A stretch of DNA of 64,000 nucleotides. Origin: a virus (taxonomy: Duplodnaviria; Caudoviricetes). The first letter of the stretch is position 1. Every line of letters begins with the position of its first letter. A program made the translations under genes and the position numbers. Shown in pieces: positions 1-11,187 of this stretch. The notes beneath the pieces were generated by a model that saw only the letters and a list, made by a program, of their open reading frames with translations, searched no databases and was not told the DNA's origin. The stretch covers positions 90,403-154,402 of IMG/VR virus record IMGVR_UViG_3300028591_000101. One strand, written 5' to 3'.

Positions 1-2
1 CA

Positions 3-1313
3 CTCACTTCATATCCAAGCTATGGCGAGTTTTATTCTTATGAAGAACAAGTTACGCACGGGGATGAAATTTGCGAAGGCATGATTAGATTTTTTGAAGT
101 TGAAAGCCTGGCCCAGCAGTTTAGATGGGGTGAAACTTTAAATAGGCATAATTGTCCTGAAGTTCATACATATGGTTATTATAATTCAAGCGAGAATGTG
201 ACATATCCGACTTGTCAGGTTACAAGGGGCGAATGGAAGCCAGTAAAGCATAAGTTTATAACTGAATACACCGACAACGGTTATCTTAAAGTTATATTTG
301 GACCTGGCCTCAGAAGCGTTGATTATCCGGACATAACCGATATGGACGAATTCAGTAAGTATATAATTACAAAGACCATACGTAACGATTCACTTGGTGA
401 GATGCCTAAGGCTGGCACGACAATATTCATTCTTTATCGTTCTGGTGGTGGAAGCGCAAGCAATGTGGCACAAGGGGCTATTTCTTCAATTTCAAGGCTT
501 ATGACGGATTTTCCTCTTGGACACGACGCAAACGAAGCCACAAAATCAGCCGTAAGAAGTTCAATCACTGTCGTTAATACCACACCTTCTGTTTCAGGTA
601 AAGATATGCCTACTGTTCAGGAGATGAAATATATGGTCAAATATAATAAAGGTGCTCAAAACAGATGCGTTGTCGTAAAAGATTACATTGATAGAGTGCT
701 TATGATGCCTCCTAAATATGGGACTCCGTTTAGGGTTGGCTGTGCAGAGGAAAACAATAAGATTATGCTTTACCTTCTTGGAATTGACTATCGTAAGAAG
801 CTTGACGCTGCACTTCCTTCACTATTAGCCGAAAACATTCAGAACTATTTGACGGAATATAGGATGATAAATGATTTCGTTGAGATAAAGCCCGGCCGAA
901 TCATAAACCTGTCAGTTGAGGTTGAAGTTCATGTTGATAAAAATTATAACCTTAGTGACGTTGTTTCTTTGATTATAGCCAAGACAATGGACTATTTTGA
1001 CATCAATAAGCGAAATATGGGCGATGACTTATATGTGGGTGACCTTAAAAAGGAAATTTCAAAGATTGACGGCGTTGCGAACCTTATTGAACTTAGGGTA
1101 TACAATGAAACCGGTTCAGGGTACAGTTCAACGCCAACAAACCAAGAGCTGTTTTACGGTAGTGACTGTAACAGGGTCCAAGAAGAAAAGGTTCCTGGAC
1201 GAGATAGGATAGACCTTGAGGCGTCAGACGGAATCATATATAGTGATGGGGACACGATGCTTGAAATCAAATATCCAGAAAAAGATATAAGGGTAATGCC
1301 TAAATACATTTAG
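3..1313 (+). CDS. Baseplate wedge subunit (T4 gp6-like), 5'-truncated by window edge
   Basis: Frame open from base 3; gp6/baseplate-J-like motifs (YRSGGGSASN, SVSGKDMPT, AQNRCVVVKDY). Confidence 0.75.
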   Translation, partial: LTSYPSYGEFYSYEEQVTHGDEICEGMIRFFEVESLAQQFRWGETLNRHNCPEVHTYGYYNSSENVTYPTCQVTRGEWKPVKHKFITEYTDNGYLKVIFGPGLRSVDYPDITDMDEFSKYIITKTIRNDSLGEMPKAGTTIFILYRSGGGSASNVAQGAISSISRLMTDFPLGHDANEATKSAVRSSITVVNTTPSVSGKDMPTVQEMKYMVKYNKGAQNRCVVVKDYIDRVLMMPPKYGTPFRVGCAEENNKIMLYLLGIDYRKKLDAALPSLLAENIQNYLTEYRMINDFVEIKPGRIINLSVEVEVHVDKNYNLSDVVSLIIAKTMDYFDINKRNMGDDLYVGDLKKEISKIDGVANLIELRVYNETGSGYSSTPTNQELFYGSDCNRVQEEKVPGRDRIDLEASDGIIYSDGDTMLEIKYPEKDIRVMPKYI

Positions 1314-1330
1314 TAAAAAAGGGATTGACA

Positions 1331-1612
1331 ATGGCGTGTGCTTGTAAGATTAACCAAGACATAGAAAAAATACAAAAATATTATGCGTATAACGGAAAAG
1401 CCGGAAGCGAAACCAAACCGAAAATTACTATCAACAAGAGAGACGCGGTAATTACGATGCTGGCATATCTTGTTATACTTCCGTTTATACCAATCGTTTT
1501 TATTGGCTTAATCATCTTTTCTCTATTTTCAAAAGATAGAAAAATAAGCATGAGAAAAATTTTAGGTTTCATACACAATACAAGGAATGGCAAAACACAA
1601 CAAATCGTATAG
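1331..1612 (+). CDS. Small membrane protein
   Basis: MACAC start and one long hydrophobic segment; overlaps start of next gene. Confidence 0.6.
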   Translation: MACACKINQDIEKIQKYYAYNGKAGSETKPKITINKRDAVITMLAYLVILPFIPIVFIGLIIFSLFSKDRKISMRKILGFIHNTRNGKTQQIV

Positions 1613-4600
1613 AATAAGAACAACAGTTGGTCAAGAGGCTGATAGCTTTCTTGACGTACATCTTGACCAGGAATATGACAGTTTTGAAATTCTGTCACTT
1701 AAAATCAGCGATAAGGACACCTATAGGCTACATAACGCTGATTATGGCGTTATTGTTGGAAGAGTGCTGGCAAATGGAAACTTTGGCGTTCCGAATGCCA
1801 AGGTAAGTGTTTTTATTCCGGCAGACGAGACAAATAAAGACCTTGAATTGTGGAATCTATATCCATATACGTCAACATCAACCCAAAATGACAAGAATAT
1901 AAGGTATAATCTTTTACCGGACCAATCAGTAAAAGACTGCCACAAGGCCGTAGGAACATTCCCAAACAAGACATACTTGCTTGAAAATGACGGAATTCTT
2001 GAGATTTTTGACGAGTACTATATCTACACAACAAGGACGAATGATTCCGGAGACTACGTTATATGCGGTGTTCCAACTGGCATGCAGACTCTCCATATGG
2101 ACCTTGACCTATCAGATTGCGGCATTCTTTCACAGAGGCCGAGAGATTTCGTTTATAAGGGATATACAATTGAACAGTTTGATAATCCGAACCAATTCAA
2201 GAAGGACGAAAACATTGACAGCCTATCACAAATATTCAGTCAGAACCAGCCTGTTTATGTTTATCCATTCTGGGGAAATGAAGATAACGGTGACAATATA
2301 GGGATTACCAGGGCCGACATTCAAATTTCATTCAAGTTTGAGCCGACATGCGTGTTCATGGGCAGTGCTATTTCGGACAATCCGTCCAACGGTGTTAGCA
2401 AAAAATGTGTTCCCACAAATCAAATGGGGACCATGGATGAGCTTACCGCTGGCGAAGGTACCATTGAGATGATACGCAAAACACCAGGAGGAAACGTTGA
2501 AGAATTTGCAATCAAAGGAAACCAGCTTATTAATGGAAATGGTGTCTGGTGCTATCAGATACCAATGAACCTTGATTATATGATGACCGATGAATACGGA
2601 AATATGGTTCCTACTGATGACCCTGAAAAAGGTATTCCGACAAGGGCGAGGGTTCGTTTCCGTGCATCACTTACCGACATGGAAAATAGCATACAAAGCT
2701 ATTACAGGGCGAAGTATCTAATTCCGAACAATCCGGATATTGATAGTGAAAAGGTTGATTATAATTTTGGTACGTATACTGATGAAAGCTCTTATAGAGA
2801 CTTGTTCTGGAATGGTGTATATACAGTCAAGTCATACATACCTCGTTTCCAAAAGTCAAAGAGATGGAGAAATGAAAGATTTTCTGGTATAAAGGCGTGT
2901 AATTATTATGGCGGAAACAATCCGATGCCATACAATAATATGCGCATTAAGCTGCCGTTCATGTTCACTGTCCTCTGCATTTTTGTTAAACTATTTATAA
3001 AGCTTGTGACGCTTGTCAATAGAATTATCGCTGGTATAATAAAAGTTATAGCAGGCGTACTTGAGCTGTTTTTCCCAACAGTAAAGCTTATTGCGAGGGT
3101 CGTTAAATTTTTTAATTCAAAAGCCGGTGATTCTATATTAAATGCTGTTGATGGCATAGTTGCAAAATTTATTAATCCCGTCATAAGAAGATATGGGATT
3201 CACTGTACGTTCATTGGTGACGGACTTTGTCCGGATATGGAAGGGTGGTATTTCGCTCCAGGATGTACGCTAGGGAAAAACAGGTTTAAATCAACAACCA
3301 GAACTTTAATGGAAAATACACTGGCTGCAGCTGCTGGAACCGGAGAAAATCTTGAGGGCTTGGACGGAAGCCAAGACACACAGGACTCAATGAACTCTGG
3401 TGAATTTATTGATGAAACTTCCATTGATGTTCAGAATACGGCTTCAAGTGAGGAAGGGAGTGTATGCTTGACAAGAGATGTCAATTATCTGGTTAATTGC
3501 TTTGAAATGAATATTGCCCAAGAATATAGGGTTATTAAATTTGACTTCTATAATGACTGGGTAAATGGTGTTATATATTTTCCTAGATGGTTCAGAAAAA
3601 TAAAGAGAAAGAAAAAGTATAGAATTTCCCTAAAGAAAGGGGATAAACTCATCACTTCTTATTATAAGGATAAGGTATTTGGTTGCATGAACTCTGAGAC
3701 TTCTCGCGTAAAGAAGTCCAGGTATTATACACAACAATGTTCTTTGCAATATACGGCTGAGACAAGTAATAGCCCGTGGTCAAAGATTGTAACCGAACGG
3801 AATTGCTACAATACCCCTAAAACCAAGAAAAGAAACAGTGGAGTCAACATTATACCTGCGAAGTGTCACAAGAAGCAGGGTATGGACCAGTCAAGCATTT
3901 TTGGAAAAAAATCCGGTCTTGTTACCGAAGAAACAACAATGCTCGGCCAGTTTGTGTATTACTTGAAGCCTTGTGAGTGGAAAGATACCAATAATGGAAG
4001 GGTTCGTACGCTGCTCTTTGCCACAGACATTGTCTTACTTGGTACTTTGAATGATTGTGACGAAAATGGTATACCACAAGCATTCAAATATCTGAACAAT
4101 TCATCTTATATCATGCCGACGAATCTGGCGTTGACTACGATGGATGACGATGCTTATATATATGCTGCAGGCGATGGAACAATATGCGCCTCAAAAAATA
4201 AGCAGAGTCAGGGTGGTACGCCTCCGGAGCAAGAAGGTGTTAAGAGGATTACGCCAAATTATGAGTCAACATATAGCGCATATAGCAAGACTGATGGTGA
4301 TGCAATTACATATGAAGAAAATGATGACCCGATTCCAGTAACGGAAGCGGCGGGTATAAACTGGAACTATTCAGGCCCTGGTCAAGACGATGTGGACTTA
4401 GGTAAGTTGGAAGATTCACAAAGTTTCCTGGCTCGTTTGTTCGGGGCTGGTAATAGAAGGTTTGACTTCCTTTATTATCCAGGAGGCCATTTTCTTGGTT
4501 TATCATGCACAAACAGCGAATCAAATATAAAATCATGTGTTAACCTCAAAAGAATTTGTGAGGTTGGCGCATCTATGTCTCAGAGAAGGGAAGAGGTGCG

Positions 4601-7600
4601 CGGTTACACTATTGAGGGTGACATAAAATATCGTTATTATGTTCCGACTGGCCTTATAAGTAACGTTGATATAGAAGGGGCTTCATTTAGGTCAATGTTC
4701 GCCACGCTTAATCATCACACTCTGAATGCGACTGAACGAAATGATGTTACGGGATATAAGAAATATAATTTCAGGTTTTTGCGCCCGGATGGATTTGATG
4801 GTTCTTTGGGAAGCATTGTCCATCTTCCGAATTCGCCGTATAACAAAAAAGTAAATGATAGGGCTGAACATCATTACATAACCGATGCAACAAGTCTTTT
4901 TGAAAGATTGTTTATGGGCGCTTGGCAAAGACCAGATGATTATGACCCTAAGGAGATTGAATACACCGAAAGAAGAACTGTTGAAGACCAGATTGATGAC
5001 TATTTCATGTTTAGATTTGGCCTTGAAGGGTTTAGCAATAATGAACAGAGAAAGCACTTCTTATCAAAGAAGGGCCGTGGTTATATTTTCCCGCAGTACG
5101 AAAATTCCTTCTATTTTTACTTCGGTCTAAAGGATGGTTCAACTGCGCTTGATGAATTTAAGAAACAATTCTTTAGCGAGTGTCAGTCAAACAACGTCAT
5201 GAAGGAGCCTTTAATCAACATAAATGAAACAATAGATAGCAATCTTAACGGAAAGGCGCTACTGACGATTGATAATATGATTCCGCCATATGAGATAACT
5301 GTTATTGACAGCACGAGCGGTGATAAATTTGGCCCGAAAACATTTGAAATTGATACCATGCAGCTTGCTACAATAGTTGAGACTGGTTTATCAATTGGGC
5401 ATGAATATGTTGTTACGGTTACGGATAGTATTGATAATTCATTAACTAAAAAGTTTGTTTTCGGTGCAGATGCCGTACAAATTGATGTGCAAACCGTTAA
5501 TTTTAGGGTTCCAGCCACAGGTCCGACAAATACCCCGAATAAGGGTGGTTTCATTAAAATAAACCACAATCTTACTATTCTGAATAGCGGATATACTGTT
5601 GGAGATGGAGTTAGTTTTAAATTCAGAAAGGTTGAGAATGGTGTACCGGGACCGTACGAAACATATTCCGAAACAACGTACATTGATGCTGGTGGCGAAA
5701 TGTGGCATCTATATTATGTGCCGTCCGTTGGTACATTTGAAGTGCTAGCGTATTATCACGATAACTATGTCTCTGTTTACACCACGAAGATTGAGGATAA
5801 TAGAACGGTAAACCTTTATGTTGCTTGCGATTATCTTTCATATAAGCCAGAATACAAGGGTGGTTCAGTCTATGCCCCCGCGTTTAATGGCGGTCTGAAG
5901 AACATATCAAATGCTGATTGGTATAATGGGGCCCCATTCCGTGGTTCTGGCTGGGAAAATTGGCTAATGCGTCATACATATTATCGCCAAACAGAAAATG
6001 ATGCCCTGTCCTATGACAATTATATTTACACGAAGGGTAAGTGTGATGTTGCCATCTTTGGCCAGCCGGAAAAGGGAGGTAGTGTTCCTGGGGCTAGTTT
6101 GAATGGAACAGGCGTTGATGCGCAAGGAAATACACCAAATAGTTATTCCAATGATTATGATGACTTCCCGGGCTATGTTGTAGACGATACATATACCTAT
6201 ATACCCACAATGTACTTTAATCCATCAAATAAACTGGAACAAACTGGGGTGTTTAGGAATGCGTTTGACGCTATGTCTTATACCGAAGATGGGCGTGCGG
6301 CTGCAGATGCTCTTGACGCGAACATAACGTCATATAATTTTTCAGATGGAACCGTAACACTTGGTTTTTCTGGTGGAAATGGAAAATTGACGAATGGACA
6401 TGGTTGTATTGTTGTATTTGAGGACGGTACGATTATGTTCCCGGTTGTTCGGGGAGGAAATTTGGTTGCAAAGTATCCAACAGATATATACCCAGAAGGT
6501 CCTGCAACACAATTGCTTTCAATGGCAACAATTTATCCGACGTTGAGGATTCCTTCTGTATATAAGCCATTCTATGGGGAAATTTCCGCCGCTACATGGA
6601 GTCTTGTTGCTCTGTCGGTGTCGCCAAATGAAAATAATGAAACTGTTGCCTTAAGAAATAATTTACCGGCATCATATAAGGTTGAGGGTAATATTTTCAA
6701 TGGTCTTACGTGGAATAATCATTTTTATTCTGGGGATACAGCTGGTGAATATGATACATATTTCATGTACAAGAACGACAGAAGATTTTATGATGCACTG
6801 ACAACAAACTCAAGCCTTGATTACGAATGTAAGAGGAAAATTACCCCTGATGGTAAGTTTGGTCAGGGTTCATGGATTGCTACCGGTTTTGCCTATGGGC
6901 GTGAAATAAGCGCATTTACTGATAGCGTTGTGGATATAAATCAAATCTCTTATGCTGTAAGGGAAGGAATACCACCGGAAGAAGCGATTAAGGCCTCTTA
7001 TCCAAATGTATTTACTGAGAGGTATTTGGGTGGTTTTGACCATACATTACTGAAGGATAGTTGCTCTTTTGAAACGGCATTCTACGAAGACCTCGTCATA
7101 AAGCTTTTTGACACTAACAGTGAAATGTCTGGACAATGGACCGTATATTCAGATGAAGGGGCTTTGGGCGCAGAAACCAAATATTATATTTCGTCCGCTG
7201 AGATATTTGACAGGTCTCAGTCGCCAATGGTCGTTGATGAAGCGTATGACAACGACAATAGCAACAGACAAAAATATTGTCACGGATATTATAATAAGAA
7301 TGCAAAAAACGATAAAAAGGGCGAAATTGTTTCCGTAACATATAGAAATCCGCTAATCGGAAGCACCAGGTATGAATATTATATAACTAATGACAGTGGT
7401 GCTAGAGTCAAAGAAGAGGTGAGGCCAGCATCTGAGAGTGAATTATATAATGTTGGAATTACGTTACTGCACGGATATACCATAAAGCCAGTATTCGCTT
7501 TAAACTTGGATACTCTTTCATCCATTGTCAATGGAGGTCAAGAATTTGAGGTTTCAACAAAGGGAAAAATTAAGAATGTTTTCAGCGGAGAAAACCTCAA

Positions 7601-8078
7601 GACGATAGTTGCAGTTTATCAAAAGCCTGTTGATGGAACAAATAATAAAATGACCGTATATCGCTTGTATCCGATTGGCATGCTTCCTGTTGTTTATCCT
7701 GCAGGTACTGGTGGGGTTGAACCATATATTAATGCACCGTCGGCCTTGACCTACAATAAGGAACAGCAGTCGGTTGCGATACCTGTTTCAACCAATGTAA
7801 CATTTAGGATTGAGGTTAGCTCTCAGGGAGGATGGATAACTTATAGAACTTCTGATTATGGCCCTACGAACAATTCAATAGTTGTTCATTTAGCCCTTAA
7901 TGATACTGGAAGCGATAGGCGAGGAACAATAACATTAATATGTACCGATACAAACGTTGAACTTGACAATTTCACCATCACAATAACTCAGACAAAGGAT
8001 GAGTTAGCTGATATCCAGGGTGAGATTGACGAAATTAAGGACGACATACAGGAGTTAAGCGGTAGAACGGGCAACTAG
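1587..8078 (+). CDS. Large virion (baseplate/tail) protein with C-terminal BACON-like domain
   Basis: 2163 aa ORF in structural operon; carboxypeptidase-regulatory-like N-terminus (GVPNAKVSVFIP); C-terminal NDTGSDRRGTITL...ITITQ. Confidence 0.7.
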   Translation: MAKHNKSYRIRTTVGQEADSFLDVHLDQEYDSFEILSLKISDKDTYRLHNADYGVIVGRVLANGNFGVPNAKVSVFIPADETNKDLELWNLYPYTSTSTQNDKNIRYNLLPDQSVKDCHKAVGTFPNKTYLLENDGILEIFDEYYIYTTRTNDSGDYVICGVPTGMQTLHMDLDLSDCGILSQRPRDFVYKGYTIEQFDNPNQFKKDENIDSLSQIFSQNQPVYVYPFWGNEDNGDNIGITRADIQISFKFEPTCVFMGSAISDNPSNGVSKKCVPTNQMGTMDELTAGEGTIEMIRKTPGGNVEEFAIKGNQLINGNGVWCYQIPMNLDYMMTDEYGNMVPTDDPEKGIPTRARVRFRASLTDMENSIQSYYRAKYLIPNNPDIDSEKVDYNFGTYTDESSYRDLFWNGVYTVKSYIPRFQKSKRWRNERFSGIKACNYYGGNNPMPYNNMRIKLPFMFTVLCIFVKLFIKLVTLVNRIIAGIIKVIAGVLELFFPTVKLIARVVKFFNSKAGDSILNAVDGIVAKFINPVIRRYGIHCTFIGDGLCPDMEGWYFAPGCTLGKNRFKSTTRTLMENTLAAAAGTGENLEGLDGSQDTQDSMNSGEFIDETSIDVQNTASSEEGSVCLTRDVNYLVNCFEMNIAQEYRVIKFDFYNDWVNGVIYFPRWFRKIKRKKKYRISLKKGDKLITSYYKDKVFGCMNSETSRVKKSRYYTQQCSLQYTAETSNSPWSKIVTERNCYNTPKTKKRNSGVNIIPAKCHKKQGMDQSSIFGKKSGLVTEETTMLGQFVYYLKPCEWKDTNNGRVRTLLFATDIVLLGTLNDCDENGIPQAFKYLNNSSYIMPTNLALTTMDDDAYIYAAGDGTICASKNKQSQGGTPPEQEGVKRITPNYESTYSAYSKTDGDAITYEENDDPIPVTEAAGINWNYSGPGQDDVDLGKLEDSQSFLARLFGAGNRRFDFLYYPGGHFLGLSCTNSESNIKSCVNLKRICEVGASMSQRREEVRGYTIEGDIKYRYYVPTGLISNVDIEGASFRSMFATLNHHTLNATERNDVTGYKKYNFRFLRPDGFDGSLGSIVHLPNSPYNKKVNDRAEHHYITDATSLFERLFMGAWQRPDDYDPKEIEYTERRTVEDQIDDYFMFRFGLEGFSNNEQRKHFLSKKGRGYIFPQYENSFYFYFGLKDGSTALDEFKKQFFSECQSNNVMKEPLININETIDSNLNGKALLTIDNMIPPYEITVIDSTSGDKFGPKTFEIDTMQLATIVETGLSIGHEYVVTVTDSIDNSLTKKFVFGADAVQIDVQTVNFRVPATGPTNTPNKGGFIKINHNLTILNSGYTVGDGVSFKFRKVENGVPGPYETYSETTYIDAGGEMWHLYYVPSVGTFEVLAYYHDNYVSVYTTKIEDNRTVNLYVACDYLSYKPEYKGGSVYAPAFNGGLKNISNADWYNGAPFRGSGWENWLMRHTYYRQTENDALSYDNYIYTKGKCDVAIFGQPEKGGSVPGASLNGTGVDAQGNTPNSYSNDYDDFPGYVVDDTYTYIPTMYFNPSNKLEQTGVFRNAFDAMSYTEDGRAAADALDANITSYNFSDGTVTLGFSGGNGKLTNGHGCIVVFEDGTIMFPVVRGGNLVAKYPTDIYPEGPATQLLSMATIYPTLRIPSVYKPFYGEISAATWSLVALSVSPNENNETVALRNNLPASYKVEGNIFNGLTWNNHFYSGDTAGEYDTYFMYKNDRRFYDALTTNSSLDYECKRKITPDGKFGQGSWIATGFAYGREISAFTDSVVDINQISYAVREGIPPEEAIKASYPNVFTERYLGGFDHTLLKDSCSFETAFYEDLVIKLFDTNSEMSGQWTVYSDEGALGAETKYYISSAEIFDRSQSPMVVDEAYDNDNSNRQKYCHGYYNKNAKNDKKGEIVSVTYRNPLIGSTRYEYYITNDSGARVKEEVRPASESELYNVGITLLHGYTIKPVFALNLDTLSSIVNGGQEFEVSTKGKIKNVFSGENLKTIVAVYQKPVDGTNNKMTVYRLYPIGMLPVVYPAGTGGVEPYINAPSALTYNKEQQSVAIPVSTNVTFRIEVSSQGGWITYRTSDYGPTNNSIVVHLALNDTGSDRRGTITLICTDTNVELDNFTITITQTKDELADIQGEIDEIKDDIQELSGRTGN

Positions 8079-8092
8079 AATAATGGTTAAAA

Positions 8093-10294
8093 GTGAAAAA
8101 AATGCAAAGGAAACTTTTACAAGAAAAAAGTTTAAATAGAATGCGCGGTAATGCGGAGAAGTCAATGAATGTTGACCTCTCCGCAAAATCACGTCTTATA
8201 CCCTTTTCAGATACTGCAGATATGTTGAGCCTTAATGACTTGTATATTGAAGAAAGGGATGCTTGTGAAAATTATCGCATGATTCTGTCGGTTAATCCTA
8301 TATGCAGCAACATATTATATAATGCAGTAACTGAACCGGTATATAAGGAAGGAAGTTATTCCGCAATCAATCTTGCCATAGAGACGGTGAGGAAAGATAA
8401 TACTGATATATTTCCAGAAGGCACCATGAACCAGAGCGGTGACACTGATGGAAATAAAATAGTTGACCAAATAGGTGCTGTACGTGATACAGAGTATTCG
8501 CACGAAAGAATCGGAAATTTCAAATATCATTGTGGGTACGATTTTTTCAACAACCATCTTTTAAGGACGAGTGAGTTTGAGCACGTAAAAATGGAAGAGA
8601 GTGTGACTCCGAAAAATGCAGTTGAATTCAATACCATTTTTGATTTTGCAATTGACCATAGTGGAAAAACGGTCACCAGGGTTATAGGGGAAAGCGAAGG
8701 CCCAGTGAGAGGAAGTGACTTGGTACGCGAAAACATAAGAATGTATCAATTGGACAACATGAGGTCAATTAATACAGCATTTTATGATGAATTTAGAGAG
8801 CTTAATGGCTGGTACGGGTTTTATAATACAGGATACATAAACATTCCGAACGGGAAATTAAACGGAGAAGAAATTTCATTAAACCGAATATTGAACAATG
8901 AAGTTCCGTGTGGCTTTGTTGATTTATATCCGGACAGGTCGTTATATAGCTTCATCCCAAAAGTAAATCGTTTCAAAAAGAGATTGGAAAGGAATTGGGA
9001 TTGTACTGTTGTGTATCCATATAAGAGTGATTACGAAACGTTTGGAAAAATTAACAAAAACCTTGCGAATGCTGTAAGAGTCATAAATGCAAAAATTGTT
9101 TATAATAACGTTGGTGACGAACTTATCCAGATGCATACCCTTTTAAGGCATACACTTAATCCGGGCGACGAAATAAGACTCTTTTATCGTGACAGCCAAG
9201 GAGAGGCACTTTTTGATAATATGGAATGGGAAGAATACCTTGCTACGAATGGGGTTGAAGTTCGCAGATATACAGTTCCAGTAAAGGTTATTAGTGTTGG
9301 CGACCAGAAAGGAAACGACAAAAAGCATTATTTCACCATAAAAATGTCCGATGTTAATATCATATGTGGTGTGATTGAGTCCGAAGGCAAAACTAAACTA
9401 CCGGGGATTAAGGATTCAACGGGTAATGTATCCGGCCCGATTTATTTTTTCTATAAGAAGATTGAAAACGGCGTTGATGATAGGTACTATTTCAGAAAGT
9501 TCAAGCAGTTATTAAACTATGAATATGTTATGATTCTTCCGGATGAGGTACCAAGCGAAGAATACGCCGAACTTGTCGGGAGGGCCACCAAAGTAATACA
9601 TGAACCAACGACAATCAATGAAAACAGCCCGAAAATAATACGGCTTGCTAATGACATATTTGTTCGCGTATCAAGGCCTCTGACATATACCCAGAATAAG
9701 ATTGCATTTGGAGAGAATATCTACGGAGATAGGGTTGCCCAGGTCATCTTTAATGATGACATATGTGTAAGTGGCCTTAAAGACAACCTTGGGAGGCCAT
9801 TAACAAGTGTTTATTTTGCATCCGTCAAGACAAACAGAGGTCATAAAGAATGGTACGAAGAGAATAATTTTACGGCGGATACTGTTGAATATTCTCACTG
9901 TTTCGGAGATGTAACGTCTGGCCTTGACTTACCGTCAGATGAAGAGTCAACGGAATACAACGTGAGGAAACTTTATAATGTATTTATTGAAAATCCGGAC
10001 TTTGACAGGGATTATGCTGAAGGACTTTCACTAGCTTTATATGACGCTCCGACTGGAAATTACAGCGGAACCCCGACCCCGCTTGAAAGTGCTATAACAG
10101 TTGATGATTTTGATGAATTTTTCGGTGATATAGTTGAATTTAGCAAAATTGATTTCATTGAGACGCCCATTGAAAAAGTCTATCACAGATTCAATACGGC
10201 CCAAAGAGAGTGTTTGTCTAACAACAAATACTTTGACATAAATTATGATAATCTGGTCGGAGACCTGTTTGATGTAGATGAAGTAAATGAATAA
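8093..10294 (+). CDS. Virion structural protein (baseplate region), start codon uncertain
   Basis: 733 aa ORF tightly packed in operon. Confidence 0.6.
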   Translation: MKKMQRKLLQEKSLNRMRGNAEKSMNVDLSAKSRLIPFSDTADMLSLNDLYIEERDACENYRMILSVNPICSNILYNAVTEPVYKEGSYSAINLAIETVRKDNTDIFPEGTMNQSGDTDGNKIVDQIGAVRDTEYSHERIGNFKYHCGYDFFNNHLLRTSEFEHVKMEESVTPKNAVEFNTIFDFAIDHSGKTVTRVIGESEGPVRGSDLVRENIRMYQLDNMRSINTAFYDEFRELNGWYGFYNTGYINIPNGKLNGEEISLNRILNNEVPCGFVDLYPDRSLYSFIPKVNRFKKRLERNWDCTVVYPYKSDYETFGKINKNLANAVRVINAKIVYNNVGDELIQMHTLLRHTLNPGDEIRLFYRDSQGEALFDNMEWEEYLATNGVEVRRYTVPVKVISVGDQKGNDKKHYFTIKMSDVNIICGVIESEGKTKLPGIKDSTGNVSGPIYFFYKKIENGVDDRYYFRKFKQLLNYEYVMILPDEVPSEEYAELVGRATKVIHEPTTINENSPKIIRLANDIFVRVSRPLTYTQNKIAFGENIYGDRVAQVIFNDDICVSGLKDNLGRPLTSVYFASVKTNRGHKEWYEENNFTADTVEYSHCFGDVTSGLDLPSDEESTEYNVRKLYNVFIENPDFDRDYAEGLSLALYDAPTGNYSGTPTPLESAITVDDFDEFFGDIVEFSKIDFIETPIEKVYHRFNTAQRECLSNNKYFDINYDNLVGDLFDVDEVNE

Positions 10295-11186
10295 TATGGA
10301 AGAAAATAGAGAAACATATTCAGAGGCAAACGTTGTGATGCCGATGTCTTCACTTAGGTCTCCAAAGATTGTTATGGGGGCAGCTAAGCAGGATAAATTT
10401 TCCGTTTCATCATATACCTTGAACAAGATAGTGAATGACATGGAAGAAGAAAAAATATTTCCAGGGAATATCGCCCCGGAAGGTTATTTTTATTCTCCAT
10501 TTCATGAAATAAAGCTTAAGGAGCTTGATGACGAGATACATGAGTTGTATGTAAAAAGGATTAATTTTGACCCCTTACATGGAGCGGGTGCATATACATC
10601 ATCTGTTACGATGTATGACCCGTCCGCTGGTACCTTTGAAACTGGAGACATCAGTGTCATTACTATCGTATCTCCGGTTTCGTACGATTTTACCATTGGC
10701 CAGCCATTTTCAATTTATGATGTGATGGAAGATATGACATATAGGGGCCATCTGGATGTTTTTAACACAAATCCGAATGGAACCTGTACATTGACAATCA
10801 CAACGACAGCGAAGATAAATAGTAATTCACTAGCCGGAGGACTTGCGAATGGAAAAAGCGGTTACATAATTTCAATGCTGGAAGAAAATGCCCCAGAATA
10901 TGCTGAATTCGTTCCGTCGTCCCAGAAACTTATATGGAGAGGACCAAAGAAGATGTCCGAACTGACCAGCGATTCGCCTCTCTATAATATGCCGTTTACA
11001 AACGGAAGGCTTTATGTGCACAAGAACATAAATGTTTTTGTCAGAAGACAAGACCCTCACAATGATTTCCACGTTTTCAAACCGGCATTCAACAACCCGT
11101 TGCGCAGATTCCAAGTTGAAGGCAATGCGAAACTTAATTTGGACTATTACAGTTATATAATTGATTCTATGGTAGATAGCTGTTAA
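10287..11186 (+). CDS. Virion structural protein
   Basis: 299 aa ORF overlapping upstream stop. Confidence 0.55.
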   Translation: MNNMEENRETYSEANVVMPMSSLRSPKIVMGAAKQDKFSVSSYTLNKIVNDMEEEKIFPGNIAPEGYFYSPFHEIKLKELDDEIHELYVKRINFDPLHGAGAYTSSVTMYDPSAGTFETGDISVITIVSPVSYDFTIGQPFSIYDVMEDMTYRGHLDVFNTNPNGTCTLTITTTAKINSNSLAGGLANGKSGYIISMLEENAPEYAEFVPSSQKLIWRGPKKMSELTSDSPLYNMPFTNGRLYVHKNINVFVRRQDPHNDFHVFKPAFNNPLRRFQVEGNAKLNLDYYSYIIDSMVDSC

Positions 11187-11187
11187 A